In this document: positions 61,029 to 64,000 of the stretch, in pieces
How positions within the stretch are numbered: the first letter of the stretch is position 1
Layout of the letters: each line of letters begins with the position of its first letter
NCBI GenBank assembly: GCA_008632985.1
Contig: QPGO01000005.1
Coordinates: forward strand, 703,607 to 767,606
Direction of reading: 5' to 3'
From: Psammoneis japonica
Taxonomy: Eukaryota
Length of the DNA: 64,000 nucleotides
The notes under the pieces: model-generated
What the model was told of the DNA's origin: nothing
The model's database searches: none
What the model saw: the letters and a program-made list of their open reading frames with translations, nothing else
Position numbers and translations under genes: made by a program

Positions 61029-62038
61029 ATGATGCCATCTCTCATCAATGAAAAAGATGCTCCAACTGCACAGGCCCAGGACGGGTTGGAACCACCAGCA
61101 ACCACTTCAGCAGGCACAATCTTCTGCTCGCATCACAACAACCCACGCAAGAAGGACAAGTCCAGCGACGAGCCGAGCAACGAGGCAAAAGCGAGTGAGG
61201 TGGACCACGTCAATCGACTTGCTGCTGAGCTTGAGGCCTCCTTTTTGGAAGATTCAAATGAGGATGAGGCAGAAGAGCGCGAAGACGAATCCATGATGCT
61301 CCAAGCATGCGCAGAAATGCAAGACAAAGCAGACTGAACCGAAGATGGCCACAAGACGGCGGTCGCAGCATTTGACGTTTTTGCCAAAAAAACAGGATGT
61401 CCACCAGTCCATCAGTTGGAACGAAAGCATCTGCGTGGAGAGACTCTCACTGTGCCGAGCTGCAGCAAATTGATGAGGCAGTTCTGTGCTTTCTCAATGG
61501 AGTGCAAGATTGAACATGAAGGTGCTCGCAAGGGGACTCATTGGAAGCCCAAGTCGCAGGCACAATGTGATTCTGGTGTGCACATGGTGCTCAAGAAGAA
61601 GTTGGGGCATGGAGCACTTTACAAAAAATCCGAGCATGACGAACTCAACAAATCTCTAAAAGCAAGGGCCCGCGTGCGCTGTTTGCAAGTGAGGAGAAGA
61701 AGCACCTCAATGGCAGCAATCATCCTCAAGCAAAGGATCATGACAACTGCATGGCTTGGTGGGACAGGGCTTGCAAGATGTTGAAATCCGTGTCTCTCAA
61801 GCACATTTTCAATTTGGTTGAGCAGCACAACAAAGCCGCGCCCTTGCACAACAAGCTGGTTGATGAAAAGAAGGCAGCATCAACTCGCAGCTTCAAAGCT
61901 AGCACAAGTGAGGAGAGGAAGGTCATTGATGGAAAATCCAAATTGGAAAACAAAGTGGGAGCTGTTGTTTCGGCATTGGAAAAACTGCAAACGATGATGA
62001 ACAAGATTGAGAAAGAGGGCAAGAGGGCGGCGGCTTAA
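61029..62038 (+). pseudogene. Degenerate ORF, possibly the N-terminal (core-binding) part of a Crypton-type tyrosine recombinase
   Basis: Reading through TGA at 61335 and reverting H/C to Y gives 'RTEDGYKTAVAAFDVF...LMRQFCAF...GTYWKPKSQAQY.SGV', a pattern reminiscent of YR core-binding domains. No catalytic motifs seen. Confidence 0.3.
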
Positions 62039-62952
62039 AAACTCCAGTCACATTGACAGCAGATTAGCATGCCATTTGCATCACTGGTGTTTATTGTAAG
62101 AGTCTCAAACTTAACAACCTAACATGCTCTATCATGCGACACCACTGGCAGTTTCGGATCGACGGCAGATTAGCTTGCTGTTTGCACCACTGGCATTCAT
62201 TGTGGGAGTCTTAATTTTAACTACTACATCATATGCTCTATCACATGTCACACAACATACAATGGTGTGACACTGCCAATAGTTTCGGATCGACCATTGG
62301 GAATCGAAATGCTGCACAACCTGCATCCTTCGTACACGCTTTCCCTAGTGCGCGCTTCTCCAAATTTGAAATTGCTGCATGGTTTCAAACAAAAGAGAAA
62401 TCCATAATTCACAATGACACACAATGGAATCAAAGTCATTGGATGTATTGTACAATTTATGTTAAGAATGAAATAAGCAACGGGAAAATCGGTGAAAGTA
62501 TCATTGAGATATCACGCCGTAAAGTGGGACACCGGCGGCTCGCATCATTGTGCTGCTGCAGTTTGCTGCGTGCAAATTGACTTGGTAAAACTTTGTGAGG
62601 GTTTCGTGTCCCTTGGAAATTGTGCGTGTTGTGTGCGATTGATTATGTGTCTGTGTATGGCACTTGTATGCGTGTCGTGTCCCTCAGGAATTGGGTGTAC
62701 TGTCCCTCTGAGTCGGTCTAACACTGAAAATGTGGCGGGAAACCGCAAGGGAAACCAACGGTTTTTTCGTATCACTTTTTGTGTGAACACCTTCGAACTT
62801 GTACGAACCCCGATGACGTCGGCCAAATTCATCACAGTACGAGCTCCGAAGTCCAGATTTCTTCCCCCCGCCACCCACACACACACACACAACGAACACA
62901 CCACACACCACACACCACACCCGCACGACATGAGAAATCTGAAAGACGCACC

Positions 62953-64000
62953 ATGACGAAACGGGGTAGCGGAGGCATGCCGGTTGAACCATCCATGTTG
63001 GTCGCAGTGCCATCTCCTGGTCGAAAGCGTCAACGAACTCAGAATGGTGGCGATACAGAGGCAATGATTGAGATTCGTGACGTACCTGCTCATGTGACTC
63101 CCCTGGTGTTTCAGACGCTTCGAGTTGCTACAAAGTTCTTTCAACGCGCCACAGCAGCGGCCGCTGAACCACTCATTGAAGATAGTCAGAGGAATGATAC
63201 TGATATTATTCGCTTAGATACGAGGCAGATAAGCAGTGAAGGAGTTATGGATTCGATAATGTCGCGCATCGAGGCCTCGTCATCAGAAGCGAGTGAAATC
63301 GAAAAGCAAAAGCTAAGAAAACAAAAGATGGACGAAGGCATTAAGGAGTTGATGGAGTGTATTCGGAAAGAAGTTAGGCTGTTCACAAGCACTGACGAGA
63401 AAAAGAGAGAGACAATAAGGACGAGGAAATCCGTTCCCGTTGCTTGTCTAATCTATATCTGCAACCTTTGCAAAACTCATGTTCGTGTTGCCGTCCGTCG
63501 GGCATCACTCCGGACGTTTGGAGTCCTTCTGATGAAAAGTAGCGAGTGCCGAGAATACATGGCACAGGATAGAAACTTACTGGACTGGCTGGAATCCATC
63601 GTTTTCGCTTCTCAGTTTGATGGGTGGAAGAACCCCGACGAGGCTTCGGTTCAAATACCGCTTTTTCAACGGGAAGCCCTCGAGTGGGTCAATGCTCTTA
63701 CCGATCGATACGTATCCTATTACCCCAAACTGCAGGTTGCTCTTAGATACATCGAACAACACTGTCCAAACTTGCGGTACGGGGGGCAAGAAACGACTAC
63801 CACAACAAGCGCACCGGCGGAGTTGCGTCGTTTGCGAGACTTGGCGATCAACCATGGGCGCGAGGAATGTCAGCGCGTTCAGCGACTCGCACAAAAGGCT
63901 CAAACTTACTTGGATATTCTGGTACCAAGATTCGGGCACGATGCAAATGAATCTTTGCAAGAGAGAACAAGTGATGATGAAGAGGAGGAAAGTGATGTGG
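62953..64000 (+). CDS. UVSSA-like protein, runs off the window (not in the ORF track)
   Basis: Open frame from ATG 62953 to the window end. 'LLMKSSECR..FQREALEWV..YPKLQVALRYI..LDILVPRF' plus an acidic run resembles the UVSSA N-terminal region. Confidence 0.55.
   Translation, partial: MTKRGSGGMPVEPSMLVAVPSPGRKRQRTQNGGDTEAMIEIRDVPAHVTPLVFQTLRVATKFFQRATAAAAEPLIEDSQRNDTDIIRLDTRQISSEGVMDSIMSRIEASSSEASEIEKQKLRKQKMDEGIKELMECIRKEVRLFTSTDEKKRETIRTRKSVPVACLIYICNLCKTHVRVAVRRASLRTFGVLLMKSSECREYMAQDRNLLDWLESIVFASQFDGWKNPDEASVQIPLFQREALEWVNALTDRYVSYYPKLQVALRYIEQHCPNLRYGGQETTTTTSAPAELRRLRDLAINHGREECQRVQRLAQKAQTYLDILVPRFGHDANESLQERTSDDEEEESDV

Larger units (their letters stand above)
59665..62809. mobile_element. 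Putative palindrome-rich non-autonomous or composite DNA element (ends tentative)
   Basis: GAGGGAC/GTCCCTC cluster at 59700-59798 and GTCCCT copies at 62608-62708; short inverted ends GGTTCG/CGAACC flanked by CCG; internal palindromes; TpA-depleted core; 132-bp module shared with the 5043-6823 element. Confidence 0.45.

Noticed and set aside
63186..63960. Minus-strand ORFs in the track
   Set aside because: Shadows of the open plus-strand UVSSA-like frame.

Overview
Eukaryotic genomic DNA, most likely from a pennate diatom (frustulin-like gene, ASAFAP-type plastid targeting signal, short GT-AG introns, diatom-type Ty3/Gypsy). Recognisable genes are a URB1-like C-terminus, a secreted lipase-like protein, LEO1, a plastid LPAAT, a GT60 GlcNAc-transferase, an RNA-dependent RNA polymerase, an ACT/GcvR-like protein, an LRR protein, eIF3k, ELP3, VPS13, a frustulin-like protein, a PPR protein and a UVSSA-like ORF. 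EAPP and PPIL4 appear as pseudogenes. The left end holds a full-length Ty3/Gypsy element (4961-12387, 5-bp TSD) whose 3' LTR is split by a 1.78-kb DNA-transposon-like insertion (8-bp TSD). The main discovery is a set of bounded domains (about 1.24-12.1 kb, 20.3-23.6 kb and 60.7-62.0 kb) in which TpA dinucleotides have been converted almost completely to TpG/CpA, the opposite direction to fungal RIP. Three internal controls support this: the LTR pair (13 of 16 TpA lost), Tyr-to-Cys/His changes at conserved Pol and PPIL4 motifs, and four copies of a 22-bp palindrome. All A:T>G:C differences in the LTR pair lie in WA context. Scattered 1-nt frameshifts in ELP3, VPS13 and others probably reflect assembly indel errors. 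No database searches were run; family calls rest on motif recognition and counts were made by eye.
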